A model generated the notes under the pieces. It searched no databases, was not told where the DNA came from, and saw nothing but the letters and a program-made list of their open reading frames with translations. A stretch of DNA of 64,000 nucleotides from Minisyncoccota bacterium (GTDB taxonomy: Bacteria > Patescibacteriota > Minisyncoccia > Phycocordibacterales > UBA9973). The position numbers and the translations under genes were made by a program. The first letter of the stretch is position 1; each line of letters opens with the position of its first letter. The stretch lies in contig DASTLQ010000011.1 in assembly GCA_035714785.1 (NCBI GenBank), positions 6,124 through 70,123 on the forward strand. Direction: 5' to 3'. Below, piece after piece: positions 48,713 through 58,676 of this stretch.

Positions 48713-50635
48713 ATGAATTTTAATCTTTTAGATAATAAAAATATGAAGAGGGGAAAGAAGCCGGAAAAGGGAGGCGGGCTCTCAGGGAGCATCGCTTCGG
48801 TCATTTTGATTTTTATGATTATCACCGCTCTGTATCTCCTCATTTCTGGAGGACCATCGGAGGCAAAAACTCAGATTTCTCTATCCGAGCTCGCGGGAGC
48901 TGTCTCAAGGGGAGAAGTGGAAGGCGTCGTAATTGAAGGAGAAAAACTGACTGCAACATACAAAAACGGAGAGATATATGAATCCAAAAAAGAAAAGGAG
49001 TCATCATTGTCTGAAACTCTTACAAACTACGGCGTGACCGCGGAATCTCTTTCTACTACTAATATAGAAGTTCAGGACCAAGGCGGATTTGGATTCTGGG
49101 CGCTAAATGTTCTACCGTTTCTTTTGCCGATTGTATTTATCGTAATTTTCTTCTGGTATATTTCTCGTCAGGTAAAAGGCGCAGGAGTGCAGGCATTTTC
49201 TTTTGGACAGTCCAAAGCACGCATCACCGATCCGAATGATAAAAAAAGTAAAATTACTTTTAAGGATGTGGCTGGTTGCAAAGAAGCAAAAGAAGAATTG
49301 AAAGAAATTGTAGATTTTTTGAAAAGCCCGAAAAAGTTTTTAGATATTGGAGCTCGAATTCCAAAAGGAGTGATCTTGATGGGAGCGCCGGGAACAGGGA
49401 AGACGCTTCTTGCTCGCGCAGTTGCCGGCGAGGCATCGGTTCCATTCTTCCATCTTTCCGGTTCTGAGTTCGTAGAAATGTTTGTGGGAGTTGGAGCATC
49501 ACGCGTAAGAGATTTGTTTAAGCTTGCTAAAAAAGCTGCTCCAGCCATTGTATTTATTGACGAAATCGATGCTATTGGACGAACTCGAGGAGGAGGATTT
49601 GGTGGAGGAAATGACGAAAGAGAGCAGACCTTAAACCAGATCTTGGTGGAGATGGATGGTTTCGAACCCAATGAAAAGCTGATCGTGATGGCGGCCACAA
49701 ACAGGCCAGATGTTTTGGATCCTGCGCTTGTGCGCCCAGGACGTTTTGATAGAAAGGTTGCGCTTGATTTACCTGATCGCTCAGACCGCGAAGAGATTTT
49801 GAAAATTCATGCTAGAGAAAAACCTCTTGCAGAAGATGTGAACTTGACCGTGATCGCAGAACGAACTCCAGGATTCTCTGGTGCTGATTTATATTCCCTC
49901 ATGAACGAAGGAGCGATTTTGGCTGCACGAGAAAATCGTAAAAAAGTTTTCCAATTTGATTTAATTAGAGCAATCGAAAAAGTGATGCTAGGTCCAGAGA
50001 GGAAAAGCCACTTACTTTCAAAGAAAGAAAAAGAAATCACCGCCTACCACGAAGCAGGTCACGCTATCGTTGCATCAGTACTTCCATATGCTGACCCTGT
50101 GCACAAAGTTTCTATCATTGCCCGAGGACGTGCAGGAGGATACACCTTAAAACTTCCACTCGAAGAACGCCGACTACAATCCAAAAAAGAATTTATCGAT
50201 GACATCGCAATGTCTCTCGGAGGATACGTTGCTGAAAAGATGATGTTTGGAGATATTACCACTGGTCCATCGAGCGACTTGCAGGTCTCTACTAGTCTTG
50301 CGCGAGCAATGGTCACTCGATTTGGAATGTCTGACGAAATCGGTCCGATCGCGCTTGCAGGTGGGGGAGGAAAGCCTCAATGGGGGGAGAGTATGGAAAA
50401 AGAATATTCGGAAGCAGTATTTACAAAAGTAGATAGTGAAGTTTCAAGAATCATAGGTGAGGGAATAAAGACAGCGGAAAGAGTGCTCGAAGAACACAAA
50501 AAAGCCTTTGTAGCTATTGCTAAAAAACTAATGGAAGTGGAAACACTAGAACAGGAAGAATATGAAAAAATCCTGACAGCTCACGGTATCGAACTCAAAA
50601 AGAAAGATAAACCTGCGGTGGCGATTGCGGACTAG
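48713..50635 (+). CDS. ftsH: ATP-dependent zinc metalloprotease FtsH
   Basis: two TMs, [26 protein letters not shown]; start may alternatively be 48743. Confidence 0.98.
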   Translation: MNFNLLDNKNMKRGKKPEKGGGLSGSIASVILIFMIITALYLLISGGPSEAKTQISLSELAGAVSRGEVEGVVIEGEKLTATYKNGEIYESKKEKESSLSETLTNYGVTAESLSTTNIEVQDQGGFGFWALNVLPFLLPIVFIVIFFWYISRQVKGAGVQAFSFGQSKARITDPNDKKSKITFKDVAGCKEAKEELKEIVDFLKSPKKFLDIGARIPKGVILMGAPGTGKTLLARAVAGEASVPFFHLSGSEFVEMFVGVGASRVRDLFKLAKKAAPAIVFIDEIDAIGRTRGGGFGGGNDEREQTLNQILVEMDGFEPNEKLIVMAATNRPDVLDPALVRPGRFDRKVALDLPDRSDREEILKIHAREKPLAEDVNLTVIAERTPGFSGADLYSLMNEGAILAARENRKKVFQFDLIRAIEKVMLGPERKSHLLSKKEKEITAYHEAGHAIVASVLPYADPVHKVSIIARGRAGGYTLKLPLEERRLQSKKEFIDDIAMSLGGYVAEKMMFGDITTGPSSDLQVSTSLARAMVTRFGMSDEIGPIALAGGGGKPQWGESMEKEYSEAVFTKVDSEVSRIIGEGIKTAERVLEEHKKAFVAIAKKLMEVETLEQEEYEKILTAHGIELKKKDKPAVAIAD

Positions 50636-50641
50636 AAATAT

Positions 50642-51315
50642 ATGGCCAAAAGAAAATTAAAAAAAGGGCAATAGAGCTGAGACTTTCAGGACATAGCTAC
50701 AGCCAAATAAAGAAAGAATTAAAAGTCAGCAAGAGCACTTTGAGCAATTGGCTTTCTTGTTTCCCGTTGTCTTTAGAGAGAATAAGGGAGTTGAGAGACA
50801 ATAGTCCTATTCGGATAAAGAATTATAAGAACACGGTAAAAATAAGAAATAAAAATCACATTGATAAAGTTTATAAAAAAGTTTCGAAAGATATAGGTTT
50901 GTTTTCTAAAAGAGATTTATTTATAGCAGGAATGTTTCTGTACTGGGGAGAAGGTACAAAAACTCAGGAAGCAATGGTTACTCTAACAAATACTAATCCA
51001 GCAATGCTTAAGTTGTATATTAAATGGCTTGGATTATTTAATGTTAGAAGAAAAGATCTAAAAGTTAAATTACATTTGTATTCCGATATGAATATTAATG
51101 AAAGTGTTATTTTTTGGTCTAAAGAGCTTAGGATTCCAATAAATCAATTTTGTAAGCCCTATATTAAAAAATCTAGTTTGAAATCAATATCCTACAAGAA
51201 GGGCTTTGGAAAAGGGACATGTAGTGTTATATTTGGCAGTAAGCCTCTTTGGGAATATATAATGTTTGGGTTAAAATACATAGGAGAGGTATGTAATAAA
51301 GAACCCCGCCCTTAG
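50642..51315 (+). pseudogene. HTH plus LAGLIDADG-like protein, split by a -1 frameshift at A7 (50659-50665)
   Basis: ATG 50642 frame stops at 50672; the -1 frame reads RAIELRLSGHSYSQIKKELKVSKSTLSNWL..GMFLYWGEGTK..TNTNP. Confidence 0.6.
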
Positions 51316-51378
51316 CTCAGTTGGTAGAGCAGACGACTTATACTCGTCTTGTCCTAGGTTCGAGTCCTAGAGGGCGGA
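51306..51378 (+). tRNA. tRNA-Ile(UAU)
   Basis: acceptor CCGCCCT/AGGGCGG, D-arm GCTC/GAGC, anticodon arm GACGA-CTTATAC-TCGTC, T-arm CTAGG-TTCGAGT-CCTAG; CCA not encoded. Confidence 0.92.
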
Positions 51379-51380
51379 CA

Positions 51381-51971
51381 ATGAAAAAATTTTCAAAAGA
51401 ATTTGAAAGTCTCATAGATTTTGTTAATTTCACTCATGAGTTTAGAGAAGTGATAAGGATAGCAAGAGCGCCAAACGGCGAGCGGTTTGAAAACGACACC
51501 GAGCATTGCTACCAGCTCGCCATGGTTGCATGGTTTTTGATTGAGCAGGATAAATTAAAATTGAACAAAGAGCTTTGTTTCATGTATGCGCTTGCGCATG
51601 ATCTTGTAGAAGTATACGCAGGTGATACATATGTTTTTGATAAAAAAAATGTAGCGTCGCAAGCTAAGAGAGAAAAAAATGCCTTGAAGAAAATACAGAA
51701 GCGTTTTTCTGGTTTTAAGAGTTTAGTAAAAATAATAGAAAAGTATGAACAAAGGAAAGACAAGGAGAGTAAATTTATTTATGCCCTAGATAAGCTTTTG
51801 CCTCCAATACAGGGATATTTGGAAAATGGAAAAATATGGAAAGAGAAAAAGCTTACTCTAAAAGGCGTTATGAAAGTTAAGAATGATAAGATTGCGGTCT
51901 CTAAGGAGGTGAATAAATATTGGAAGGAGCTTTTAGAAGAAATAAAAAGAAAAGAAAGCGATCTTTTCTAA
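51381..51971 (+). CDS. HD-domain phosphohydrolase (YfbR/HDDC2-like)
   Basis: ENDTEH, ALAHDLVEVYAGD, ALDKL. Confidence 0.88.
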   Translation: MKKFSKEFESLIDFVNFTHEFREVIRIARAPNGERFENDTEHCYQLAMVAWFLIEQDKLKLNKELCFMYALAHDLVEVYAGDTYVFDKKNVASQAKREKNALKKIQKRFSGFKSLVKIIEKYEQRKDKESKFIYALDKLLPPIQGYLENGKIWKEKKLTLKGVMKVKNDKIAVSKEVNKYWKELLEEIKRKESDLF

Positions 51972-51982
51972 AAGCTACCCGC

Positions 51983-52069
51983 AACATGCAAGGGGACCTG
52001 TGGATAACATGCAAGGGGACCCCTTACACTTTATCCACACCCACTAACATGCAAGGGGACCCCTTACAC
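51983..52069. repeat. family-1 repeat between convergent genes
   Basis: half core, full 41-bp palindrome 51999-52039, one further core. Confidence 0.95.
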
Positions 52070-54262
52070 CTATTCGAAATGAAACTCTTTCAGTTTTTCT
52101 TTGACGCGGGCTTTTAGATTTGGGTATTTTTTAAGCTCGGGGTCTTGACTGATGAGGCGGACGGCTTCGGTGCGAGCAGCTTCTACCATTTTTAAATTTT
52201 TAATAGCTTCCATGGCGAGGTCGGATACGCCCCACTGCTTTCCGCCCGAGAGTTCGCCTGCGCCACGCAACGTGAGATCAAGCTCCGCTAATTCGAAACC
52301 ATTTTTTGCAGTTTTTAGGGCTTTAAGTCGGTCCATTGTTTTTTGTGATTTGGCTTCAGCAAAAACATAGCAGTATGCCTGATCAGAACTTCTGATCACT
52401 CGGCCTCGAAGCTGATGAAGCTGGGCTAGTCCAAATCTTTCAGCCCCTTCTATTATTATGACGGTGGCATTTGGTACGTTTACTCCTACTTCCACCACTG
52501 ATGTCGCGCACAGTATATGAATCTTTCCATCTGAAAAATCTTTCATCACTTCTTCTTTTTTTTGTTTACTCATCTTGCTGTGTAGCACCCCGATTTCATA
52601 ATCAGGGAAAACCTCTTTTTTTAGTCGCTTTGCTTCTGCTACAGCGGATTTCGCAAGAAGTGCCATCTCTTTTTCTGGGTCTGGTTCAAATATTCGAGGA
52701 CATATTACATATAGCTGTCGGCCTTCACCGAGTTCGCGGTGAATTTTTTCATAAGTGGCATCTCTTTTTTCGGGTGTAACTATTTCTGTGATGATTGGTT
52801 TTCTACCAGAAGGCATTTCGTCTAGTAAAGATAGATCGAGGTCGCCGTAAATAGTGAGAGCGAGAGTGCGGGGAATAGGGGTGGCTGTCATGGACAGGAG
52901 ATGTGGAGCAACCTGTACTCCCTCAGAATCTTTTCGCACAAGTTTTCGTCGCTGAGCAGTTCCAAAACGATGCTGTTCGTCTATCACTGCAAAAGCAAGA
53001 TTTTTAAATTTTACAGTTTTTTGAATGAGAGCATGTGTTCCAATTAAAATTGGAATCTCACCGCCTGCCACCCATTTCAAAAGCTGGGTGCGGGAAATAT
53101 CGGTCCAGCCCACTGTGCCTCTGCCAGCGGAAACCTTTGAGGGAAACTTTCGGCAACCCGAACCCGTCAGGAGCCCAATGTTTATAGGCATATGAGCGAA
53201 ATTTTTTATAAAAGATTCAAAATGCTGGGCAGCGAGTATTTCTGTAGGAGCCATATATGCTACTTGCAAACCCCTGCGAAGCCCTTTGGATGTCTTTTGA
53301 TTTACGATGGCATGAGCAGCTGCGGCAGCTACGGCTGTTTTTCCAGATCCTACATCTCCTTCGAGTAGTCTCGACATGGGAATATCTTTTTGAATGTCGG
53401 CGAGAATAGTGTCGATCGATTTTTTTTGCGAAGCAGTGAGCTCAAAAGGAAAGCGCTTTAGAAATTCGTCCACTTCTTCCTTTGCGGAGCTAATTTTGAA
53501 AGATTTATTTTTTCTATATTCCATTCTGTCGTGTTGTCGTTCGAGCTGGATGAAAAAAACTTCTTCGAAAGCAAATCTTTTTCTAGCGGACTCTGCATCT
53601 TTTGGATTTTTTGGAGTATGAACCCAGATGAGTGCAGATTTCAAAGAAGGGAGATGGTATGTTTTTAAGATTTCTTCGGGAATATAGTCCTCAATATCCT
53701 CTAGAGTTTTGTCCTTAAAGATTTTTAGAATAGTGTGATATATCCATCGAGAAGTGATACCTTTCGTCTCAGGATATACAGGAAAAGAAAATCCTCTGTT
53801 TTCGCTTTCACCGTTTTCATTTTTAAAAAGAGTGTCATGTGAATCAATAGGCATGTAAGCAACTTTTTCAAATTCTGGATTGGCTAGATACAGGCCATAC
53901 TTTCCCTCGGTCACATGTCCGGAAAGTTTTACATTTTCACCTTCGTGAATCATTTTGGCGAGGTACGCTTGATTGAACCATATTATTTTTATCTTACCCG
54001 AAAGATCTTCGATCTCCGCTTCTCCCATGGGAATTTTTGTCTTGAACCCCTTTTTTGTTTTAAGCTTGGAAACTCTTCCGTAAACTGTGGCCGTTTCTCC
54101 AGCCACTAGCTCGCTAATATTTTTAATTTCCCTGATATCGCTATACCTAGAAGGGAAATAGAAAAGAAGGTCCTGTACAGTCGCAAGACCTAATTTCTTC
54201 AAGGCTTTCTTTTGTTTTTCATCCAGTCGGAATTTGGCTTCCAATTTATCGTGGAGGTTCAT
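52070..54262 (-). CDS. recG: ATP-dependent DNA helicase RecG
   Basis: LEGDVGSGKT, MAPTEILA.QH, IDEQHRFG, TATPIPRTL, QLHQLRGRV. Confidence 0.97.
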   Translation of the reverse strand: MNLHDKLEAKFRLDEKQKKALKKLGLATVQDLLFYFPSRYSDIREIKNISELVAGETATVYGRVSKLKTKKGFKTKIPMGEAEIEDLSGKIKIIWFNQAYLAKMIHEGENVKLSGHVTEGKYGLYLANPEFEKVAYMPIDSHDTLFKNENGESENRGFSFPVYPETKGITSRWIYHTILKIFKDKTLEDIEDYIPEEILKTYHLPSLKSALIWVHTPKNPKDAESARKRFAFEEVFFIQLERQHDRMEYRKNKSFKISSAKEEVDEFLKRFPFELTASQKKSIDTILADIQKDIPMSRLLEGDVGSGKTAVAAAAAHAIVNQKTSKGLRRGLQVAYMAPTEILAAQHFESFIKNFAHMPINIGLLTGSGCRKFPSKVSAGRGTVGWTDISRTQLLKWVAGGEIPILIGTHALIQKTVKFKNLAFAVIDEQHRFGTAQRRKLVRKDSEGVQVAPHLLSMTATPIPRTLALTIYGDLDLSLLDEMPSGRKPIITEIVTPEKRDATYEKIHRELGEGRQLYVICPRIFEPDPEKEMALLAKSAVAEAKRLKKEVFPDYEIGVLHSKMSKQKKEEVMKDFSDGKIHILCATSVVEVGVNVPNATVIIIEGAERFGLAQLHQLRGRVIRSSDQAYCYVFAEAKSQKTMDRLKALKTAKNGFELAELDLTLRGAGELSGGKQWGVSDLAMEAIKNLKMVEAARTEAVRLISQDPELKKYPNLKARVKEKLKEFHFE

Positions 54263-54290
54263 GCCATGAGATTATACAGCAAAAAAGGGA

Positions 54291-54719
54291 TCAGGATGTT
54301 TTTTGAAGTTCAATAGATTCATGCACTAGTATCATCAAGCCAGAAATGGCCAAGACGATATTTTTTATCACAAATTCTCCTGAAAGGGAAAGGACAGGGA
54401 AATATGGTGAAAACACTACATCCCATCCGAAGATAAAAGTAGTGAATGTTCCTAGTAGATGGAAAAAGACAATGAAATGAGTAAACAAGAGTGCTCTGTT
54501 TGATAAAAGCATGAGCCCGATTAAAACTTCAAAAATTCCAAGCCCTATTAATCCATACCCGTCTGCTAAAAATGGCATGATGGAATTATGGATGAGATCA
54601 AACACTGGATTGTATCCAAAGATTTTTAAAGCACCAAACCATACAAAGATGAGCGCAAGCGATATGCGAAGAATCGTTACTAATATTTTTTGATAATCAT
54701 TTGAAAATAATTTTTGCAT
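54291..54719 (-). CDS. DoxX/YkgB-like membrane protein
   Basis: LRISLALIFVWFGALK, GIFEVLIG, GEFVIKN. Confidence 0.75.
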   Translation of the reverse strand: MQKLFSNDYQKILVTILRISLALIFVWFGALKIFGYNPVFDLIHNSIMPFLADGYGLIGLGIFEVLIGLMLLSNRALLFTHFIVFFHLLGTFTTFIFGWDVVFSPYFPVLSLSGEFVIKNIVLAISGLMILVHESIELQKTS

Positions 54720-54755
54720 TCTGAAATTATAACTTATTCATGATATTATAGAAAC

Positions 54756-55853
54756 ATGTTTTCATTTTTTACAATAATGCTGGGGATATTGCTGTTGGGT
54801 CACGCTGTCGCATATCTTGTTTTCGTGGCACTCTTTCGGGACTTTGCCAATCAGCATCTTTTTCCTATTCGCAGTATATTTATTCTCCTTGCCGTTTCTT
54901 TTGTCGGAGCAACATTTTTAGTGCGTGAGTATGACTCGATAATTACTCAGATTTTTTACACACTGGCTGCCAGCTGGGTCGGCTTTCTTTTATACATCGT
55001 GATTGCAGGCATTCTTTTCTTTTTGATTTGGCTAGTGTCACATTTTGCATTTCCGGGAGTGTCAATTGTGTGGATTGGGAAAATACTTTTAGCTATTGCG
55101 CTCTTGGTGGGGGTATATGGAGTTTACAATGCCAACACTATAAGGGTGACAGAATATACTATCTCGCTACCAGGATTGCCTGAGAGCTGGAAGGGAAGAA
55201 AGGCAGTCTTTGTATCGGATATGCATCTTGGACCAGTCCGGAGGGAAAAGTTTGCGGACAAAGTTGCGAGGAAAATAAATGAACTTAATCCTGATATCGT
55301 GTTTGATGCCGGAGACTTATACGACGGCGGAACAGGGAACGCTGCTAGAATGATTGAGCCACTTCGAGGAATAAATGCTCCACTTGGATATTATTTTGTC
55401 ACTGGAAATCATGAAGAGTATGGCGACACCAGTGTTTACAAAAATGCTATTTCCAATACAGGTATCGTGATTTTAGATGATCAAGCAGTAGAAGTTGAGG
55501 GAGTGAGAATCATCGGCGCTGAATATTCTACCACTCGGAATGCGCAAAGTTTACAATATGTCTTAGACAGAATTCCCGCCGAAAACGAGATGCCGACGAT
55601 TTTGATAAAACACGTGCCGTTTGATCTTGATGTGGCGGAAAGCAATGGAATAAATTTGCAACTCTCAGGACATACTCATCGAGCGCAGGTGTGGCCTATG
55701 ATGTATATCACTCGGGCAGTATATAAAGGATATGACTATGGATTAAAAAACCTCGGTGCCCTGCAGGTGCTGGTGACAGATGGTGTAGGTACTTGGGGGC
55801 CTCCACTTCGCGTCGGTACAAATTCCGAGCTCGTGCTGATTAGGTTTGAATAA
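54756..55853 (+). CDS. membrane-anchored metallophosphoesterase (YkuE-like)
   Basis: SDMHLG, GDLYDG, GNHEEY, SGHTH, GPPLRVG. Confidence 0.92.
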   Translation: MFSFFTIMLGILLLGHAVAYLVFVALFRDFANQHLFPIRSIFILLAVSFVGATFLVREYDSIITQIFYTLAASWVGFLLYIVIAGILFFLIWLVSHFAFPGVSIVWIGKILLAIALLVGVYGVYNANTIRVTEYTISLPGLPESWKGRKAVFVSDMHLGPVRREKFADKVARKINELNPDIVFDAGDLYDGGTGNAARMIEPLRGINAPLGYYFVTGNHEEYGDTSVYKNAISNTGIVILDDQAVEVEGVRIIGAEYSTTRNAQSLQYVLDRIPAENEMPTILIKHVPFDLDVAESNGINLQLSGHTHRAQVWPMMYITRAVYKGYDYGLKNLGALQVLVTDGVGTWGPPLRVGTNSELVLIRFE

Positions 55854-55934
55854 AAAAAATAGATAGAAGAGAGCTTTTTCGAAAAGTGGAAAAAGTCCAG
55901 AAATATGCTAAAGTAGGGAAGTATTTTTATATAC

Positions 55935-56026
55935 GGAGCCGTGTCAGAGTGGTCTAACGTACCTCTTTGCTAAAGAGGCAGGGGCTTTATAACCCCTCGC
56001 GAGTTCGAATCTCGCCGGCTCCGCCA
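55935..56026 (+). tRNA. tRNA-Ser(GCU)
   Basis: GGAGCCG/CGGCTCC acceptor, CCTCT-TTGCTAA-AGAGG anticodon arm, long variable arm, TTCGAAT, encoded CCA. Confidence 0.95.
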
Positions 56027-56197
56027 GATTGCCAACTTCGTGCCAGTTATCGTTATTAGAAAGATTTGATAAAAAGTGAAATACAGACATCTTATTCCCC
56101 AGAAGACCAAAAAATTTACCAAATATACTGCGAAAAATGCTATCAGCAGGAAGTTTATTAATTTGCTTCTTGGATTCTTTTAGCACCAGAGGATATT

Positions 56198-56701
56198 ATG
56201 AACTCATCCTTAGAACAAAAAACATTAGATGCTCTTGACTGGATTATAAAAATCTTAAACAGACTACAGATTGAATATCAAATTACTGGCGGTTTAGCGG
56301 GTAAAATTTTTGGATCAGAAAGAGAGTTGCATGATATTGATATAGACATATCAAAAAAAAATTTTAGTAAAATTATGCCTGAGATTTCCGATTTTATTAT
56401 ATTTGGCCCTGATCGTTATAGAGATGCAAAATGGGATTTGGAATTGATAACACTTGATTATCATGGGCAGGAGATAGATATTGGAGATTGTGACGATGCG
56501 TTAATTAGTAATAAAGAAAGAACAAAATGGATTTCATTTCCAGTTGATTTCTCTAAAGCCATTGATGTTGATTTAAATGGCAGGAAAATAAAAATAATCA
56601 ATCCGAGTGACTTTATAAATTACAAAAAGGAATTAGATGGTGCTCATCAAGTTGAAGATGTAAAAGCGGCAGAAAATTATTTAAAAAATTCCAAACAGTA
56701 A
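56198..56701 (+). CDS. putative nucleotidyltransferase-fold protein
   Basis: ITGGLA....GS.R...DIDID motif. Confidence 0.65.
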   Translation: MNSSLEQKTLDALDWIIKILNRLQIEYQITGGLAGKIFGSERELHDIDIDISKKNFSKIMPEISDFIIFGPDRYRDAKWDLELITLDYHGQEIDIGDCDDALISNKERTKWISFPVDFSKAIDVDLNGRKIKIINPSDFINYKKELDGAHQVEDVKAAENYLKNSKQ

Positions 56702-56722
56702 GTCTTCGTTTTTAATCCATTT

Positions 56723-57661
56723 CTATTTATCCCACCGAAACCCTCTCCCAAAATGTCCCCAAACAGAAGTTTCTGAAAATCTCATAGTACCAAGCTCCAG
56801 TAGTGCGCGGATGCCTTTTGGCGAAAGGTCGTATCCTTCAATCGGTATTTCTTTTCCATCCACTAGTGCCACTGCCATCACTGGCTCCGCTTTTCCGATG
56901 GCGTAGGCGAGTTTGGTTTCTACAGTTTTTGCGTTGTATTTTTTTAAATAATCCACCGCTATTTTTCGAGCCATGTAGGCACCTGAGCGATCTACTTTTG
57001 TGTAGTCTTTTCCTGAAAATGATCCACCTCCTACTGTTACCTCTGGTCCATAATTGTCGATGATTATTTTTCTACCCGAAAGTCCTGTATCTGCATCAAA
57101 GCCACCTATGCTCCAATCGCCCGAAGGATTGATCAGATATTCGGGAGCTTGGATTATTTTTTGAACTAAATCTAGGAGCGCATCATGGGGTGCGTTTTGA
57201 AAGCTCACCACTACGGTTTTCACTTCTCCGTTTTTGGTAGTGACTTGAGTCTTTCCATCATATGGATACACTTCATAAACTTTTTGACAAAGATTTCGAG
57301 CAAGCTCGTACTCAACAGGCATAAAATTTTCGGTTTCGTTTGTGGCGTATCCTTTCATGATTCCTTGGTCGCCGGCCCCTCCAGTGTCTACTCCGCGAGA
57401 AATTTCTGGACTTTGGAGAGCGATGTTTGAATTTATTTTATATTGGTCACCGACGATATTTTTTACGATGGCGTCGAGGAGGGGAGAGGCCTTGCTGGTG
57501 ACTTCTCCGTTGATGGTGATGAGGCCATGTCCACCCATCACTTCTATGGCTCCACGAGTTTCTTTGTCGTCGGCGAGGTAGGCGTCTAAAATAGCGTCTG
57601 CTATTTGGTCGCAGATTTTGTCAGGATGTCCTGGGCTCACAAATTCAGATGTTTTTATCAT
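56723..57661 (-). CDS. metK: S-adenosylmethionine synthetase (short form)
   Basis: SEFVSPGHPDKICDQIAD, GAGDQG, DTGLSGRKI, GGGSFSGKD..KVDRS. Confidence 0.96.
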   Translation of the reverse strand: MIKTSEFVSPGHPDKICDQIADAILDAYLADDKETRGAIEVMGGHGLITINGEVTSKASPLLDAIVKNIVGDQYKINSNIALQSPEISRGVDTGGAGDQGIMKGYATNETENFMPVEYELARNLCQKVYEVYPYDGKTQVTTKNGEVKTVVVSFQNAPHDALLDLVQKIIQAPEYLINPSGDWSIGGFDADTGLSGRKIIIDNYGPEVTVGGGSFSGKDYTKVDRSGAYMARKIAVDYLKKYNAKTVETKLAYAIGKAEPVMAVALVDGKEIPIEGYDLSPKGIRALLELGTMRFSETSVWGHFGRGFRWDK

Positions 57662-57679
57662 AATTTTTATAGCACTAAA

Positions 57680-57709
57680 ATAAAAAATTCCTCTGGTAAT
57701 GAGGAAAGA
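57680..57709 (-). terminator. riboswitch terminator/expression platform
   Basis: minus strand TTCCTC-attacca-GAGGAA followed by TTTTTT just before the metK ATG. Confidence 0.7.
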
Positions 57710-57726
57710 TTTTTACGCTCTTTGCG

Positions 57727-57849
57727 TTCTTATCTTTCCTTTACGCCTTCGCGTAATGGTTGGATTTAGCACCTTGCTTCGGATTTCTCCATTTACAGGT
57801 TGCTGGGCGAGTCTATGAGCCAATTCTCTCGTCACCACTCTGGATAAAT
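57727..57849 (-). promoter_or_regulatory. SAM-I (S-box) riboswitch
   Basis: minus strand UUAUCCAGAG..GAGAGA..UGGC..AGAC..CAGCAACC..AAGGUGCUAAAUCC..GAAAGAUAAG, upstream of metK. Confidence 0.92.
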
Positions 57850-57911
57850 ATTTGGTTGTGTTTTCAGTATACACTCAAAAAACCAAGACACAAGCAGGGT
57901 AAGAGTTTAGG

Positions 57912-57974
57912 TGTAAGGGGACCCCTTACCCTGTGGATAACATGCAAGGGGTCCCCTTACATGTTATCCACAGG
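57912..57974. repeat. family-1 repeat
   Basis: one core plus a near-perfect 41-bp palindrome 57932-57972. Confidence 0.95.
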
Positions 57975-57976
57975 TT

Positions 57977-58588
57977 TCATTTATTCTTTTTGTATTTGTG
58001 GTTTAAAAAAGTGATGAGAGGGGGAAGAATTGATAGAAAGATAATAACTAAAACTATCGGCAAAAGATAATCGCTCGCATTCGGAATTATTTCTCCTAAA
58101 AAGTATCCAACGAGAGTGACTCCTATGCCCCAAATCATCCCACCGACAATATTGTAAGTGACAAAAATTTTGTAGGGCATATTGCCGGCTCCAGCTACGA
58201 TTGGAGCAAAAGTACGAACGATTGGAATGAAGCGGGCGATGATGATGGTTTCCTTGCCGTGCTTTTTGTAAAATTCTTCCGCATGAAATAGGTGTTTTTT
58301 CTGAAACCAGAATGAATCATCTTTATTGAAGATTCTAGGTCCGACTTTTCTTCCAAACCAATAGCCGACTTGGTCGCCAGCAATTGCCGCGATGAAGATT
58401 AAAAGTACAAGAGGAACAATTTCAAAATATCCACTTGATGCTAAAAGTCCTGCAGTGAAAAGTAGACTGTCGCCGGGTAGAAAAAAACCAAAAAAAAGTC
58501 CGGACTCCGCAAATACGATTAGAAATATTCCAATATAGCCGGCAGTCTTTGCAAAAGCCATCAAGTCGAAGTGAAAAAGTAATTCCAT
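57977..58588 (-). CDS. DedA family membrane protein
   Basis: FAESGLFFGFFLPGDSLLF, GDQVGY, ARFIPIVRTF. Confidence 0.95.
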   Translation of the reverse strand: MELLFHFDLMAFAKTAGYIGIFLIVFAESGLFFGFFLPGDSLLFTAGLLASSGYFEIVPLVLLIFIAAIAGDQVGYWFGRKVGPRIFNKDDSFWFQKKHLFHAEEFYKKHGKETIIIARFIPIVRTFAPIVAGAGNMPYKIFVTYNIVGGMIWGIGVTLVGYFLGEIIPNASDYLLPIVLVIIFLSILPPLITFLNHKYKKNK

Positions 58589-58614
58589 CCCGCAATTATA
58601 TCATACGGGTTAGG

Positions 58615-58645
58615 TGTAAGGGGACCCCTTGCATGTTATCCACAG
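58615..58645. repeat. family-1 single unit
   Basis: TGTAAGGGGACCCCTTGCA-TG-TTATCCACA-G. Confidence 0.95.
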
Positions 58646-58676
58646 TTTTTTTATTTAGATAGAGTATAATTCTTAT

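Noticed and set aside
51321-51380. N-terminal extension of the HD protein
   Set aside because: It lies within the tRNA-Ile gene; ATG 51381 is the plausible start.
55944-56186. 80-aa minus-strand ORF
   Set aside because: It is antisense to tRNA-Ser and has no coding signal.
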